Part shown: positions 19,092 to 30,228 of the stretch, in pieces
How positions within the stretch are numbered: the first letter of the stretch is position 1
Layout: the number at the start of each line of letters is the position of its first letter
NCBI GenBank assembly: GCA_001798885.1
Contig: MGQW01000086.1
Span: 7,079 to 71,078 of the forward strand
Direction: 5' to 3'
Source of the DNA: Deltaproteobacteria bacterium RBG_16_64_85
GTDB taxonomy: Bacteria; Desulfobacterota; Deferrimicrobia; Deferrimicrobiales; Deferrimicrobiaceae
DNA: 64,000 nt
The notes under the pieces: model-generated
Told to the model about the DNA's origin: nothing
Databases searched by the model: none
Seen by the model: the letters and a program-made list of their open reading frames with translations, nothing else
Program-made: the position numbers and the translations under genes

Positions 19092-20756
19092 GTGGACGTT
19101 CGTAAGGTCACGGAATCCCTTCTTCTTGCCGGAATAAAACGGAAATTGGCGGAATGGGGGGTGGTTTTGGAAGTCTCCGTTTCCGTGGAGATACCCCGAC
19201 AGGAGGAACACGGGGATTTCTCGACGAACGCCGCCATGCAACTGGCCCGGCCCCTTGGGAAAAAGCCGCGGGAAGTTGCGGGAGAACTGACGGAGGCGAT
19301 CCGCCGGGAAGACGACAGGGGCTGGATCGCCTCGCTCTCGGTCGCCGGCCCGGGATTCATTAATATCGTGCTGTCCAACGATGCTTGGAGGGAGGTCGTT
19401 GCGATTTCCCTCCGCAAGGGGGACCGGTTCGGTTCTTCCGACCAGGGAAAAGGGCAGAAGGTGCTGATCGAATTCGTGTCGGCCAATCCAACCGGCCCTC
19501 TCCACGTCGGGCATGGCAGGGGAGCAGCGGTTGGGGATGCGCTCGCGCGGATCCTGTCCTTCGAAGGGTACGAAGTCGCCACCGAGTATTACGTGAACGA
19601 CGTCGGCAACCAGATGGACAACCTGGGCCTGTCGCTCTACTCGAGATATCTCCAGGAGTGCGGTGTGGACGCGCAGCTCCCGGAGGACGGGTATCGCGGG
19701 GATTACCTGGTCGAGCTTGCGCGCGAATTCCACGGGGAGGTGGGCGACCGCTACAAGGCGACCCCCCCTACGCTGGCGCTGCCCGTGTTTCGCAAGGTTG
19801 CTTGCGAACGGATCCTCAACGGCATCCGGAAGGACCTGGAAGACTTCCGGGTGCGCTTCGATCGATGGTTCCGCGAGGAAACCCTCCACCGGGCCGGCGA
19901 GGTGATGGGCGCCATCGAGAAACTGCGGAGCCGGGGGCTCCTCTACGAGTCCGAGGGAGCCGTTTTTTTCAAGAGCGAGGCACACGGAGACGAGAAGGAC
20001 CGCGTTCTCGTCCGGGCGGACGGGAGGACGACCTATTTTGCCGCCGATATTGCGTACCACCGGCACAAGTTTCTGAAGGGATACGCGCGCGTGATCGACC
20101 TCTGGGGGGCGGATCACCACGGGTACGCACCGAGGCTGATGGCGGCGATGCGGGGACTGGGCGAGGACGAACTGCGCCTGGAGATCCTGCTGGTCCAGTT
20201 CGTGACCCTTCTCCGGGAGGGGAAAGCCATCCAGATGTCGACCCGTTCCGGCGAATTCACGACGCTCCGGGAAGTGCTGGACGAAGTGGGACCGGACGCG
20301 GCGAGGTTTTTCTATCTCCTGCGGAGTTTTCACTCGCACCTGGATTTCGATCTGACCCTCGCCAAGACGCAGTCCAGCGAAAACCCCGTATACTACATCC
20401 AGTATGTCCATGCCAGGATCTGCAGCATCTTCCGGGAAGCGGCAGCACGGCAAACCCCGTTGTCCGACCACCCCTCCCTTTCCTCCCTCACGCTGCCGGA
20501 TGAACTCGCCCTGATGAAAAAGGTGGCGCGCTTCCCGGACGTCGTGTCGGAGGCGGCGCACCTGCGGGAGCCCCACCGGATCCCCTTCTACCTGCTCGAA
20601 CTGTCGAGGGAGTTCCACGCGTTCTACCAGAACCACCGGTTTCTGGGGGAGACGCCGGAACGGACCCAGGGGCGGCTGGCGCTGGCGAAGGCGGTGAAGA
20701 CCGTCGTCGGCATCGGTCTCTCACTCATCGGAGTTTCCGCACCGGAGCGGATGTGA
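19092..20756 (+). CDS. argS: arginine--tRNA ligase
   Basis: GTG start; class I motifs (PTGPLHVGHGR HIGH-like; MSTRSG KMSKS-like); 554 aa. Confidence 0.95.
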   Translation: MDVRKVTESLLLAGIKRKLAEWGVVLEVSVSVEIPRQEEHGDFSTNAAMQLARPLGKKPREVAGELTEAIRREDDRGWIASLSVAGPGFINIVLSNDAWREVVAISLRKGDRFGSSDQGKGQKVLIEFVSANPTGPLHVGHGRGAAVGDALARILSFEGYEVATEYYVNDVGNQMDNLGLSLYSRYLQECGVDAQLPEDGYRGDYLVELAREFHGEVGDRYKATPPTLALPVFRKVACERILNGIRKDLEDFRVRFDRWFREETLHRAGEVMGAIEKLRSRGLLYESEGAVFFKSEAHGDEKDRVLVRADGRTTYFAADIAYHRHKFLKGYARVIDLWGADHHGYAPRLMAAMRGLGEDELRLEILLVQFVTLLREGKAIQMSTRSGEFTTLREVLDEVGPDAARFFYLLRSFHSHLDFDLTLAKTQSSENPVYYIQYVHARICSIFREAAARQTPLSDHPSLSSLTLPDELALMKKVARFPDVVSEAAHLREPHRIPFYLLELSREFHAFYQNHRFLGETPERTQGRLALAKAVKTVVGIGLSLIGVSAPERM

Positions 20757-21427
20757 AAAGCCTGTACAATAAAAAAGGGCAACGGCGGGGGGAGGGGGAA
20801 AGAAACCCGTTCGCCTTTTTCGCGATCGGCGCAATCGTCGTCCTTGCCGCGGTGTTCGTCATCGGGCTCCAGGTCGGGAGAGTCATCGAGAAGAGCTCTG
20901 CCGCCCCCGATGCCCAAGGGGGGAAGAACGCACCCTCCCCGGGGAGCCAGGGAGCGCCCCCCGTGGTCGCAAGCGACATCCGGAAGGACCTCGGCGCCTA
21001 TTCGGAGGAAGCAGTCAAGGTTCCCATTGTCCCGCCGCCGGACGCAAAGAGCACCGTGAACGAGGTCGAGAAGAAGCTCACGTTCCAGGAAACGCTGGCG
21101 AAAAAGGAACCCACGCCGGTTCCTCTCGTACGGGCGGCGCAGAAGGACAATACCGCCTCACCGGGAGGCGAGGCGGCGAGTGCCTCCGGCGCCAGGAAAT
21201 ACGTCGTGCAGGCAGGAGCTTTCCGGGAGAAGAGGACGGCGGAAGCGTACCGGAAGCGGCTGGACAAGGCGGGGTATGCCGTCCGGGTGGTCCAGGCGGC
21301 GAGGAAAAACGGGGAGAAGTATTACCGCGTGCTGGTGGGGCCGTTCCCCGACATCGAGGCGGCGAAAAAAGCGGTGCGGAGGCTCAAGGACGAGATGAAG
21401 ATCGACGCCTACATGATCCAGGGGTGA
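20753..21427 (+). CDS. SPOR-domain (peptidoglycan-binding, cell-division-associated) protein
   Basis: N-terminal TM; C-terminal SPOR (YVVQAGAFREKRTAEAYRKRL...YRVLVGPF); GTG start overlapping the argS stop. Confidence 0.7.
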   Translation: MKSLYNKKGQRRGEGERNPFAFFAIGAIVVLAAVFVIGLQVGRVIEKSSAAPDAQGGKNAPSPGSQGAPPVVASDIRKDLGAYSEEAVKVPIVPPPDAKSTVNEVEKKLTFQETLAKKEPTPVPLVRAAQKDNTASPGGEAASASGARKYVVQAGAFREKRTAEAYRKRLDKAGYAVRVVQAARKNGEKYYRVLVGPFPDIEAAKKAVRRLKDEMKIDAYMIQG

Positions 21428-21433
21428 AGAGGG

Positions 21434-22924
21434 ATGAGGATCTGTCCGACGAAAGAGGAGTTTCAATCCCACGCAAGGACGTTCTCCGTCATCCCCGTCT
21501 GGCAGGAGTTTCACGCCGATCTCGACACTCCGGTCTCCGCCTATCTGAAGATCTCGGCGAGGTTCCCGGACGACCACTTCCTCCTGGAGAGCGTCGAAGG
21601 CGGCGAGAAGTGGGCGAGGTACTCCTTCATCGGGTTTGATCCTTACCTTCGGGTTCGCGCGGACGGGAACAGGGTGGCGATCCGGAAGGGGGAGGTCGAG
21701 AGCGTTCGGGCGCTGGACGGGGATCCCCTGAAGGAATTGGCGGGGATCCTCTCCGGGATCCGGTACCAGCAGGCGACAGGTCTGCCGAGGCTTTCGGGAG
21801 GAGCGGTGGGCTTCATTGGCTATGACTACGTCCGGCACATCGAGAAGATCCCCGACACCCACCCCGCCGAAGGGGCGCCTGACGCGCTTTTCCTCTTCCC
21901 TTCCCGGCTGGTCATCTTCGACAACGTGAAGCACACGATCCTCATCGTCGCGCACGGCGAAGTGACGGAAACGGGGAGAGAGGAGGAAGCCTACGAACGC
22001 TGCTGCCTCTCCATCGAGGAGGTGCGCCGCATCCTGCAGGGGCCGCTCCCCTGGTCGGAGATCCCCCGCGGGCGCGATACGGGGAACCCCGTCTTCGACG
22101 TCCCACGCGATGCGTTCCTCTCGTGCGTTCGGAAGGCGAAGGAGTATATCCGGGACGGGGAGATCATCCAGGTCGTGCTCTCCAACCGGGCGCGCATGCG
22201 GACGGACCGCTCACCCTCGGAGGTCTATCGGGTGCTCCGCGCGCTGAATCCGTCGCCCTACATGTACCTGCTGAAGACAGGGGATTTGTCCATCGTCGGC
22301 TCCTCGCCGGAAATCCTCGTCCGCCTGGAAGGGGACCTGGTCCAGCTGCGGCCGATCGCGGGGACCCGCCCCCGGGGGGCCACGCCCGAGGAAGACCGGC
22401 GCCTGGAAACGGATCTTTTGTCCGACCCCAAGGAGATCGCCGAGCACGTGATGCTCGTAGACCTGGGCCGCAACGACGTCGGGCGCGTGGCGGAATGGGG
22501 AACGGTGAAGGTGGACGAGATGATGGCGGTGGAGAGGTATTCCCATGTAATGCACATCGTCTCGAACGTGGTCGGCCGGTTACGAAAGGGACTTTCCGCC
22601 TTCGACGTCCTCCGCGCCGCCTTCCCCGCCGGGACGGTGACCGGCGCCCCCAAAGTGCGGGCCATGGAAATCATCGAGGAGCTGGAGCCGTTCCGAAGGG
22701 GTATCTATGCGGGCGCGGTGGGGTATTTCGACCTCCAGGGGAGCATGGACTTCTGCATCACGATTCGCACCATCGTGATGTGGGGCGGCGAGGCCGTGAT
22801 CCAGGCCGGCGCCGGGATCGTCGCCGATTCGGACCCGGAAAAGGAGTGGGAGGAGATCCGGAGCAAGGCGCGGGTCCTCTTCCGCGCGATCGGGGTCGAC
22901 GAGGAGGGGAGGGGACGCGCGTGA
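21434..22924 (+). CDS. trpE: anthranilate synthase component I
   Basis: 496 aa; chorismate-binding family motifs. Confidence 0.93.
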   Translation: MRICPTKEEFQSHARTFSVIPVWQEFHADLDTPVSAYLKISARFPDDHFLLESVEGGEKWARYSFIGFDPYLRVRADGNRVAIRKGEVESVRALDGDPLKELAGILSGIRYQQATGLPRLSGGAVGFIGYDYVRHIEKIPDTHPAEGAPDALFLFPSRLVIFDNVKHTILIVAHGEVTETGREEEAYERCCLSIEEVRRILQGPLPWSEIPRGRDTGNPVFDVPRDAFLSCVRKAKEYIRDGEIIQVVLSNRARMRTDRSPSEVYRVLRALNPSPYMYLLKTGDLSIVGSSPEILVRLEGDLVQLRPIAGTRPRGATPEEDRRLETDLLSDPKEIAEHVMLVDLGRNDVGRVAEWGTVKVDEMMAVERYSHVMHIVSNVVGRLRKGLSAFDVLRAAFPAGTVTGAPKVRAMEIIEELEPFRRGIYAGAVGYFDLQGSMDFCITIRTIVMWGGEAVIQAGAGIVADSDPEKEWEEIRSKARVLFRAIGVDEEGRGRA

Positions 22925-24540
22925 TCGCCGTCATCGACAATTACGATTCGTTCACCTACAACCTCGTGCAGTACCTGTGCGAGCTGGGAGCGGAGGTCAA
23001 CGTTTTCCGCAACGACGCGATTTCCGTCCCGGACCTTGCCGCGAGGAACCCCGCCGGGATCGTCATTTCCCCCGGCCCGGGAGGCCCGGACGACGCAGGA
23101 ATCTCTCTCGACGCGATCCGCGCTTTCTCGGACCGCGTTCCCATCCTCGGGGTCTGCCTCGGCCACCAGTGCATCGGGCAGGCCTTCGGGGGGAAGGTCG
23201 TCCATGCACAGGCGCTCATGCACGGCAAGACCTCCCGGATCCATCACAACGGGAAGGGGATCTTCTCCCTGCTCGAAAACCCGTTGACCGCGACGCGTTA
23301 CCACTCGCTCGCGCTGGAGAGGGCTTCGCTGCCGCCCGAACTGGAGGTCAGCGCGGAGTCCTCGGACGGCGAGGTCATGGGAGTGCGCCACGTTTCGCGC
23401 CCGATCTTCGGGGTCCAGTTCCACCCCGAGTCGATCCTCACGCAGTACGGCATGCGGATCCTCGAGAATTTCCTCTCCCTCATCGACCCGCAGCAGCCGG
23501 TTCTCCGGTGCTTCCGCAACATCCGAGAGGCGATCTCGGAGACGGCGGCGGGAAAGGATCTCTCCTCCGACGGCATGCGCGACGCCATGCGGATGATCAT
23601 GGAAGGGGAGGCGACACCCTCGCAGATCGCCTCCTTCCTCTCGGTACTCTCGATGAAGGGGGAAACGACCACGGAGATCGCAGCGGCCACCGACGTCATG
23701 CGGCAGAAGGCGATTCGCATCCACTCCCCTCCGGGGGAAGATGTCCTGGACACCTGCGGGACCGGCGGGGACCGCGCCGGGACCTTCAACATTTCCACGA
23801 CGGTGGCGTTCGTCGCCGCGGGGGCCGGGATACGCGTGGCCAAGCACGGCAACCGGTCCGTGACCAGCAGGGCGGGGAGCGCCGACGTCCTGGAGGCCCT
23901 GGGAATGGACCTCTCCGCGTCCGTGCCCGACGTGCAGAAGGCGCTCGACGAGGCCGGGATCACCTTCATGTTCGCACCGAAATTCCACGCCGCCATGAAA
24001 TACGCCATCGGACCGCGCCGCGAGATCGGAATCCGGACGATTTTCAACATCCTGGGACCTTTGAGCAACCCCGCCGGGGTGAACTGCCAGATGGTGGGGG
24101 TGTTCAGCGAGGAACTGGGGGAGACGTACGCACGCGTCCTGGCGGAGTTGGGACACCGGCGTGCATTTGTCGTCCACGGGACCGACGGGATGGACGAGGT
24201 CACCCTGTCCGCCCCCACGATCGTATGGGATGTCCGGAAGGGAGTCGTGAAGCGGTATTTATTCGACCCGAGGTCGGTCGGATTCGAATACGCCTCCCTC
24301 CAGGACTTGAAGGGGGGAGACGCGGCCACGAACGCAGGAATCCTCAAAGGGATCCTTTCGGGAGCGAAGGGGCCTGGACGCCAGGCGACTCTTCTCAACG
24401 CGGCGTTTGCCATCGTCGCCGGCGGGAAAGCCGAGGACGTCCGGGAAGGCATCGAGAAATCGGCCCTGTCGATCGACTCGGGGGCGGCGATGTCCCGGCT
24501 GAATGCGTTTCTCGATATCCTCGGGACCAAAGCGGCGTAG
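22921..24540 (+). CDS. trpGD: bifunctional anthranilate synthase component II (glutamine amidotransferase) / anthranilate phosphoribosyltransferase
   Basis: GTG start in a GTGA overlap with trpE; N-terminal class-I GATase (GVCLGHQ, H..E) fused to TrpD (GTGGD..., KHGNRS). Confidence 0.9.
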   Translation: MIAVIDNYDSFTYNLVQYLCELGAEVNVFRNDAISVPDLAARNPAGIVISPGPGGPDDAGISLDAIRAFSDRVPILGVCLGHQCIGQAFGGKVVHAQALMHGKTSRIHHNGKGIFSLLENPLTATRYHSLALERASLPPELEVSAESSDGEVMGVRHVSRPIFGVQFHPESILTQYGMRILENFLSLIDPQQPVLRCFRNIREAISETAAGKDLSSDGMRDAMRMIMEGEATPSQIASFLSVLSMKGETTTEIAAATDVMRQKAIRIHSPPGEDVLDTCGTGGDRAGTFNISTTVAFVAAGAGIRVAKHGNRSVTSRAGSADVLEALGMDLSASVPDVQKALDEAGITFMFAPKFHAAMKYAIGPRREIGIRTIFNILGPLSNPAGVNCQMVGVFSEELGETYARVLAELGHRRAFVVHGTDGMDEVTLSAPTIVWDVRKGVVKRYLFDPRSVGFEYASLQDLKGGDAATNAGILKGILSGAKGPGRQATLLNAAFAIVAGGKAEDVREGIEKSALSIDSGAAMSRLNAFLDILGTKAA

Positions 24541-24543
24541 CGC

Positions 24544-25344
24544 GTGACTAGGATTTCCTTTCTGGAAAGAATCCTCAAGGGTGTCCGGGAGGAGCTGGAA
24601 GGGAGGAAAGCCGCCGCCCCGTTTGCCGACGTGGCGGAGCGCGCCCGGCGGAACGTCCGGAGACGCGACCTCCGTGAGAGGTTGAAGGATGCCCCGGGAA
24701 TCATCGCGGAGATCAAGCGTGCCTCACCATCGAAGGGGTGGATCCGGAAGGACCTCGACGCGGCTGAGACGGCGCGGGCGTACGCGCGCGGAGGGGCGTG
24801 CGCCGTTTCCGTCCTGACGGAGGGCCGTTTCTTCAGGGGGTCGCTCGCGGACCTGTCGTCGGCGAGCGACGCATGCGGAACCGTCCCGGCGCTCCGGAAA
24901 GACTTCCTTCTCGACGAATACATGATCGCGGAATCCCGGGCACACGGGGCCGACCTCGTCCTGCTGATCGTGGCCGTCCTCGGGAAAGAGACCGAAAGAA
25001 TGATCCGGGCTGCGGCCAAGTACGGCATGGAGGCCCTCGTCGAGGTGCACAACGAGAAGGAAATGGCGCTGGCGGCAGGCGCAGGCGCCACGATCATCGG
25101 GATCAATAACCGGGACCTTTCGACCCTGCGTGTCGATCTGGATACTTCAAGACGCCTGCTTCCCCTGGCGCCGAGGAACACCGTGAAGGTGGTGGAGAGC
25201 GGGATCTCCTCTCCCTCCGATGTGCGACGGTTTCATGCGCTGGGCGCGGACGCGTTACTGATCGGGGAAACGCTGGTCCGGTCCGGTGACCCGGGGGAAG
25301 CGGTGCAGACGATCAAGGGAATAACCAGCCGCCACTCGGCCTGA
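24544..25344 (+). CDS. trpC: indole-3-glycerol-phosphate synthase
   Basis: IIAEIKRASPSKG motif; 266 aa. Confidence 0.9.
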   Translation: MTRISFLERILKGVREELEGRKAAAPFADVAERARRNVRRRDLRERLKDAPGIIAEIKRASPSKGWIRKDLDAAETARAYARGGACAVSVLTEGRFFRGSLADLSSASDACGTVPALRKDFLLDEYMIAESRAHGADLVLLIVAVLGKETERMIRAAAKYGMEALVEVHNEKEMALAAGAGATIIGINNRDLSTLRVDLDTSRRLLPLAPRNTVKVVESGISSPSDVRRFHALGADALLIGETLVRSGDPGEAVQTIKGITSRHSA

Positions 25345-25463
25345 AAAGGAGCGGTTCGATGGAAACGAAGATCCTCCCCAACCTTCTGGCACCGGAATCG
25401 GCGCACGCCATCCACAGCGAGGCGCTCGGGCGCCTTCCGAAGGTGGAGGCGTAGGATTTCCCC

Positions 25464-26102
25464 ATGTTCCGGATCAAGATCTGCGGCATCACCTCGGAAG
25501 AGGACGCGGCGATGGCGGCTTCCTTCGGGGCCGACGCCATCGGGATCAATTTCTACAAAGGGTCCCGCCGCCATGTTCCGATGTCCGAAGCGGCGCCGAT
25601 GGTCGCCGCGGTGCGGGGAAAGGCCATTCCCGTGGGTGTGTTCGTGAACGAGCTCCCGGAGGTCATCGAGGAGGTGTGCCGGACGTTACGGATCGAGGTC
25701 GTCCAGCTCTCCGGACACGAGCCTCCCGCTGTCGCGCAGCGTCTGTCGTTTCAGCGGATCAAGGCGGTCCATGTGCGGGATGGCTCGGAGCTGGCCGCAT
25801 ACGGGAGCTACCCCTGCGAGGCCTTCCTGCTGGATGCGGCAGTGAAGGGCGAATTCGGAGGCACGGGGAAGGCTCTTGATTGGGGAAAGATCGGGGGGAT
25901 CCACCCCGGGAAGCCATGGATCCTTGCGGGGGGTCTCACTGCCGGGAATGTCGCCGCCGCGATCCGCGCCTCCCGTCCCGATGCCGTCGACGTCGCCAGC
26001 GGGGTGGAAACCATCCCCGGGAAAAAGGACCCGATGAAGGTAAAGTATTTCATTAAGAACGCAACGGAAGAGTTTGATATTGCGGGAAAACATAAAATAT
26101 AA
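25464..26102 (+). CDS. trpF: phosphoribosylanthranilate isomerase
   Basis: [10 protein letters not shown]... PRAI family; 212 aa. Confidence 0.9.
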   Translation: MFRIKICGITSEEDAAMAASFGADAIGINFYKGSRRHVPMSEAAPMVAAVRGKAIPVGVFVNELPEVIEEVCRTLRIEVVQLSGHEPPAVAQRLSFQRIKAVHVRDGSELAAYGSYPCEAFLLDAAVKGEFGGTGKALDWGKIGGIHPGKPWILAGGLTAGNVAAAIRASRPDAVDVASGVETIPGKKDPMKVKYFIKNATEEFDIAGKHKI

Positions 26103-27297
26103 ATATCCGGATAGCCTCGGGCACTTCGGCCCGTTCGGCGGCCGTTATGTCGCGGAAACGCTCATGACGGCGCTTATCGAGCTGGAGGCGGCCTACCGGA
26201 AGGCCGCACGGGACCGCCGGTTCGCCGCGGAGCTTGCCGGCCTGCTGCGGGATTACGCGGGGCGTCCGACGCCGCTTTACTACGCAAAGCGCCTGACGGA
26301 AAAAGCGAAGGGCGCAAGGATCTTCCTCAAGCGCGAGGACCTCGCGCACACCGGCGCCCACAAGATCAACAACACCCTCGGGCAGGGGCTTCTCGCCCTG
26401 CGCATGGGGAAACTGCGGATCATCGCCGAGACGGGGGCGGGGCAGCATGGGGTCGCGACCGCCACCGTCTGCGCGAAGATGGGCGTCGCCTGCGCGGTGT
26501 ACATGGGCACGGAGGACATCCGTCGCCAGGAGCTGAACGTGTTCCGGATGCGCCTTCTGGGCGCGGAGGTGATTCCGGTCGAATCCGGGAGCAGGACGCT
26601 CAAGGACGCGATGAACGAGGCGCTCCGGGACTGGGTGACCAACGTCCGGACGACCCACTATCTCATCGGATCGACGGCCGGGCCGCACCCGTACCCGATG
26701 ATGGTCCGCGACTTCCAGACCGTGATCGGCAAGGAGGCGAAGCGGCAGTTCCGTAGGGCCGCAGGCGGACTTCCTTCCGCCGTGGTCGCGTGCGTCGGCG
26801 GGGGGAGCAACGCCATGGGCATCTTCACCCCCTTCATTTCCGATAAAAACGTCCGCCTGGTGGGCGTCGAGGCGGCAGGCCTCGGCCTGTCCTCCGGCCG
26901 GCACGGCGCGACCCTTTGCCGGGGACAGGTCGGCGTTCTCCACGGCAGCAAGTCCTTCGTGATCCAGGACGAGGACGGCCAGATCCGGGAGGCGCACTCC
27001 ATCTCCGCGGGGCTCGATTACCCGGGCGTGGGCCCCGAGCACGCTTTCCTGAAAACCACGGGAAGGGCCGAATACGTCGCCGTGACGGACGATCAGGCGC
27101 TGGAAGGATTCGATCTCCTTTCGCGTTACGAGGGGATCTTGCCCGCCCTGGAATCCTCCCACGCAGTCGCTTTCGGGTTCCGTCTTGCACGCCGAATGCG
27201 GCGGTCCCAGACGATCGTCATCAACCTCTCGGGGAGGGGAGACAAGGACATCGGGATCATCGCCGGGCGATCGGGGGGGAAACGTGTCGCGAATTGA
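26074..27297 (+). CDS. trpB: tryptophan synthase beta chain
   Basis: [16 protein letters not shown]..., PLP-lysine region HTGAHKINN; start TTG 26074 or 26080. Confidence 0.93.
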   Translation: MILRENIKYKYPDSLGHFGPFGGRYVAETLMTALIELEAAYRKAARDRRFAAELAGLLRDYAGRPTPLYYAKRLTEKAKGARIFLKREDLAHTGAHKINNTLGQGLLALRMGKLRIIAETGAGQHGVATATVCAKMGVACAVYMGTEDIRRQELNVFRMRLLGAEVIPVESGSRTLKDAMNEALRDWVTNVRTTHYLIGSTAGPHPYPMMVRDFQTVIGKEAKRQFRRAAGGLPSAVVACVGGGSNAMGIFTPFISDKNVRLVGVEAAGLGLSSGRHGATLCRGQVGVLHGSKSFVIQDEDGQIREAHSISAGLDYPGVGPEHAFLKTTGRAEYVAVTDDQALEGFDLLSRYEGILPALESSHAVAFGFRLARRMRRSQTIVINLSGRGDKDIGIIAGRSGGKRVAN

Positions 27298-28078
27298 CGG
27301 GACCTTCGCCTCCCTCAAGGAGCGCGGAGAAAAGGGACTGGTCGTCTACCTGACGGCGGGGGACCCGGACGGGCGCAACTCCCTTTCCTACTTCCGCGCC
27401 GCCGCCGACGGGGGAGCGGACCTCATCGAGGTGGGGATCCCCTTTTCCGACCCGATGGCCGACGGACCCACGATCCAGGCCGCCGCCCGGCGCGCCCTGA
27501 ACGCGGGGATGACCACGGCGCGCGCCCTTTCCCTGATTTCCGGGTTCCGCGGGACGCACCCCACGCCGGTGGTCATCTTCGGGTATTACAACCCGTTCTT
27601 CCGGTACGGCGCCAGGCGGTTCTGCCGGGACGCGCGCGCCGCTGGAGCGGACGGGATCCTCGTCGTCGACCTGCCGACCGAGGAATCCCAGGAAATGCTG
27701 CCGGAGATCCGGCGGGCGGGTCTGGACTGGGTTCCTCTGGTTTCCCCGACGAGCGGCCCCGACCGGATCCGCCGGGCGGTCGCATTAGGTTCCGGATTCC
27801 TGTACCTTATATCTTTGACCGGCATCACGGGGGCGCGGAAGGCGCTTCCGCCGGGAATCTCCGCGTGGGCAAGAGCGGTGAAGGAGCAGACCTCCCTTCC
27901 CATTGCGGTGGGATTCGGCATCTCCACGCCCGGGATGGCAAGGGCGGCGGCGCGAACCGCCGACGCCGCGGTTGTCGGAAGTGCCTGCGTCAAGGTCGTG
28001 GAGACGCGCGGCGCGTCACGGACCGGGCCGGACGCTCTGCGGCGGTTCGTGCGATCCCTCAAAAACGAATTGAGGTGA
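27284..28078 (+). CDS. trpA: tryptophan synthase alpha chain
   Basis: GTG 27284 ([12 protein letters not shown]...) overlapping the trpB end; the tracked upstream M 27185 is rejected. Confidence 0.9.
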   Translation: MSRIDGTFASLKERGEKGLVVYLTAGDPDGRNSLSYFRAAADGGADLIEVGIPFSDPMADGPTIQAAARRALNAGMTTARALSLISGFRGTHPTPVVIFGYYNPFFRYGARRFCRDARAAGADGILVVDLPTEESQEMLPEIRRAGLDWVPLVSPTSGPDRIRRAVALGSGFLYLISLTGITGARKALPPGISAWARAVKEQTSLPIAVGFGISTPGMARAAARTADAAVVGSACVKVVETRGASRTGPDALRRFVRSLKNELR

Positions 28079-28084
28079 CCAAAG

Positions 28085-28933
28085 ATGCCCATCCGGCTGT
28101 TCCGCAGAAAGGAAGAAGGGGAAAAGAAGACCAAGATCCCGGAAGGGATGTGGATCAAGTGCAACGCCTGCCTCGAGATCATCTACAAACCCGAGGTCGA
28201 GCGGAACCTGAATGTCTGCCCGAAGTGCAACTACCATTTCCGCATCCCGGCGATGGAGCGGATCCGTGCGGTGACCGACGAAGGGACCTTCCAGGAATTC
28301 GGCGAGGACCTCGAATCCGTCGACATGCTTTCCTTTACCGATACCAAGAAGTACACGGACCGGCTCAAGGAGGCCAAGAAGAAGACGGGAAGGAAGGAAG
28401 CGGTCATCACCGGAGCGGCGAAAATCAACGGGATCGACATCGTCCTCGCCGTCCTCGACTTCGAGTTCCTCGGAGGGTCCATGGGATGCGTGGTGGGGGA
28501 GAAGGTCGCCGTCGCCGCGGAGGCCGCGAAGGAACTTTCCCGCCCCCTCATCATTTTCAGCGCGTCCGGCGGGGCGAGGATGCAGGAGGGGACGCTCTCC
28601 CTCATGCAGATGGCCAAGACCAGCGCCGCCCTGGCCAAGCTCTCCGACGCCCGCATTCCGTTCCTCAGCGTCCTGACGGACCCGACCACCGGGGGAGTCG
28701 CGGCGAGCTTCGCCATGCTGGGGGACATCATCATCTCGGAACCGGGGGCCCTCATCGGGTTCGCCGGGCCGCGGGTCATCGAGCAGACGATCAAGCAGAA
28801 ACTGCCGGAGGGGTTCCAGCGTGCCGAGTTCCTTCTCGAGCACGGGATGATCGACATCATCGTGGAGCGGACACGGCTCAAGCCCACGCTCACCCAGGTT
28901 CTCCGGTTCCTGACGGCGCCTCCCGGGAAATGA
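28085..28933 (+). CDS. accD: acetyl-CoA carboxylase carboxyltransferase subunit beta
   Basis: N-terminal C4 zinc finger ([10 protein letters not shown]...CPKCNYH) plus CT domain. Confidence 0.93.
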   Translation: MPIRLFRRKEEGEKKTKIPEGMWIKCNACLEIIYKPEVERNLNVCPKCNYHFRIPAMERIRAVTDEGTFQEFGEDLESVDMLSFTDTKKYTDRLKEAKKKTGRKEAVITGAAKINGIDIVLAVLDFEFLGGSMGCVVGEKVAVAAEAAKELSRPLIIFSASGGARMQEGTLSLMQMAKTSAALAKLSDARIPFLSVLTDPTTGGVAASFAMLGDIIISEPGALIGFAGPRVIEQTIKQKLPEGFQRAEFLLEHGMIDIIVERTRLKPTLTQVLRFLTAPPGK

Positions 28934-30228
28934 CGGGAAGGATAGGTCCCGGGCGGCCGGAAGCGATCCAGCCGGGTCTCGAGCGGATTCTCGCGGCGTT
29001 CGAGAGGTCGGGGCATCCCGAACGCGCCTTCCGGATTCTTCACATCGCAGGCACGAACGGGAAGGGTTCGACGGCCTCTTTCCTCGAGGCGATCCTCCGG
29101 CGGCTGCCTGCGGGACCGGTTGGGCTGTATACTTCCCCCCATCTCCTTTCCCCCGAGGAGAGGATCCGCATCGACGGCGAGAACATCCCCGCCGAATCGC
29201 TGCACCATGCGCTCCGGAGGGCATCGGTGCTGTCGCGCGAGGTGGCGGAAGCCTGCGGCGGCATGCTTTCCTATTTCGAGGAGATGACCTGGGCGGCGTG
29301 CGACTGGTTCCGGAGGAGAAAGGCGCCCCTGGTGGTCATGGAAGCGGGGCTTGGGGGCCGTTGGGACGCAACGAATGCCTGCGTGCCGGAGATTTCCGTC
29401 ATCACGACCGTGGGAATCGACCACAGGGAGTGGCTCGGGAAAACGATCCGGGAAATCACCGCCGAGAAGACGGGGATCTTTCGACCCGGGGTCCCGGTCC
29501 TCTTGGGCCGGCTGGCGTCCGCCGCGCGCGGTGTCGCCGTCCGAAAGGCGGAGGAGATAGGAGCACCGGTCTGGGAATTGGGGCGTCATTTCCGTTGGGA
29601 AGATTGCGGCAATAGGCGCATCCGCATCCATCTGCCCGGGCTCACGATCCCCGAAAATCGTCCAGGAATGGACGGCGATTTTCAACGCGACAACGCGGCG
29701 CTTGCCTGCGCCGCTGCTTGGCGATGGGCTTCGAATAGAGGGATGTCGGTGGAAGACTTCCGGCACGCGGCGAGAGAGGGGATCGCCTGCGCCCGCTGGC
29801 CCGGACGGTTCTCCCCGTTGCCGGGGAGAAAAAACCGTAGAGTATGGACGGACGGAGCGCACAACCCCCAGGCCGCCCGGGCCCTGGCGCGCGAACTGGT
29901 GAAGATGAAGTCGAGCGGAAAGTTCACCGGGATCATCGCGCTCTGGAGCATGCTCGGGGACAAGGATCTGTCCGGGTTCCTGCGGGAGCTATCCGGAGTC
30001 GTGGATGGATGGGTCGTTTATCCCATGGAACACGAACGTGCGGCTGCGCTGGGGGAACTTGCCGCCGCCTGCAGGAAAAGGAAGTTCCAGGCGCGGCAAG
30101 GATCCGGTTTCCGGGAGGGGTGGGAGATCGCCCGGCAGTGGGCTGGCCCCGGTGGGATGGTGATCGTTTGCGGTTCTCTGGCCGCGGTGGGGGAGGCGTT
30201 CCGGGCCCGCGTCGGGGGATTACCGTGA
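28930..30228 (+). CDS. folC: bifunctional folylpolyglutamate synthase / dihydrofolate synthase
   Basis: ATGA overlap with accD; [12 protein letters not shown]-loop (Mur ligase family). Confidence 0.88.
   Translation: MTGRIGPGRPEAIQPGLERILAAFERSGHPERAFRILHIAGTNGKGSTASFLEAILRRLPAGPVGLYTSPHLLSPEERIRIDGENIPAESLHHALRRASVLSREVAEACGGMLSYFEEMTWAACDWFRRRKAPLVVMEAGLGGRWDATNACVPEISVITTVGIDHREWLGKTIREITAEKTGIFRPGVPVLLGRLASAARGVAVRKAEEIGAPVWELGRHFRWEDCGNRRIRIHLPGLTIPENRPGMDGDFQRDNAALACAAAWRWASNRGMSVEDFRHAAREGIACARWPGRFSPLPGRKNRRVWTDGAHNPQAARALARELVKMKSSGKFTGIIALWSMLGDKDLSGFLRELSGVVDGWVVYPMEHERAAALGELAAACRKRKFQARQGSGFREGWEIARQWAGPGGMVIVCGSLAAVGEAFRARVGGLP

Noticed and set aside
22123-22920. 5' extension of the trpGD frame (the track lists an 805-aa ORF from 22123)
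   Set aside because: The extension overlaps trpE in another frame and its translation is Arg/Gly/Pro junk. The GTG at 22921 overlaps the trpE stop (GTGA) and begins the recognisable GATase sequence.
25359-25454. 31-codon ORF (METKILPNLLAPESAHAIHSEALGRLPKVEA) in the trpC-trpF gap, considered as a possible trp leader peptide
   Set aside because: It has no Trp codons, no adjacent terminator or antiterminator structure, and is internal to the operon. Most likely it is a chance ORF.
27865-28929. 5' extension of the folC frame (787-aa tracked ORF) running across trpA and accD
   Set aside because: Same reasoning. The true folC start is the ATG at 28930 in an ATGA overlap with accD. The upstream part has no FolC similarity.
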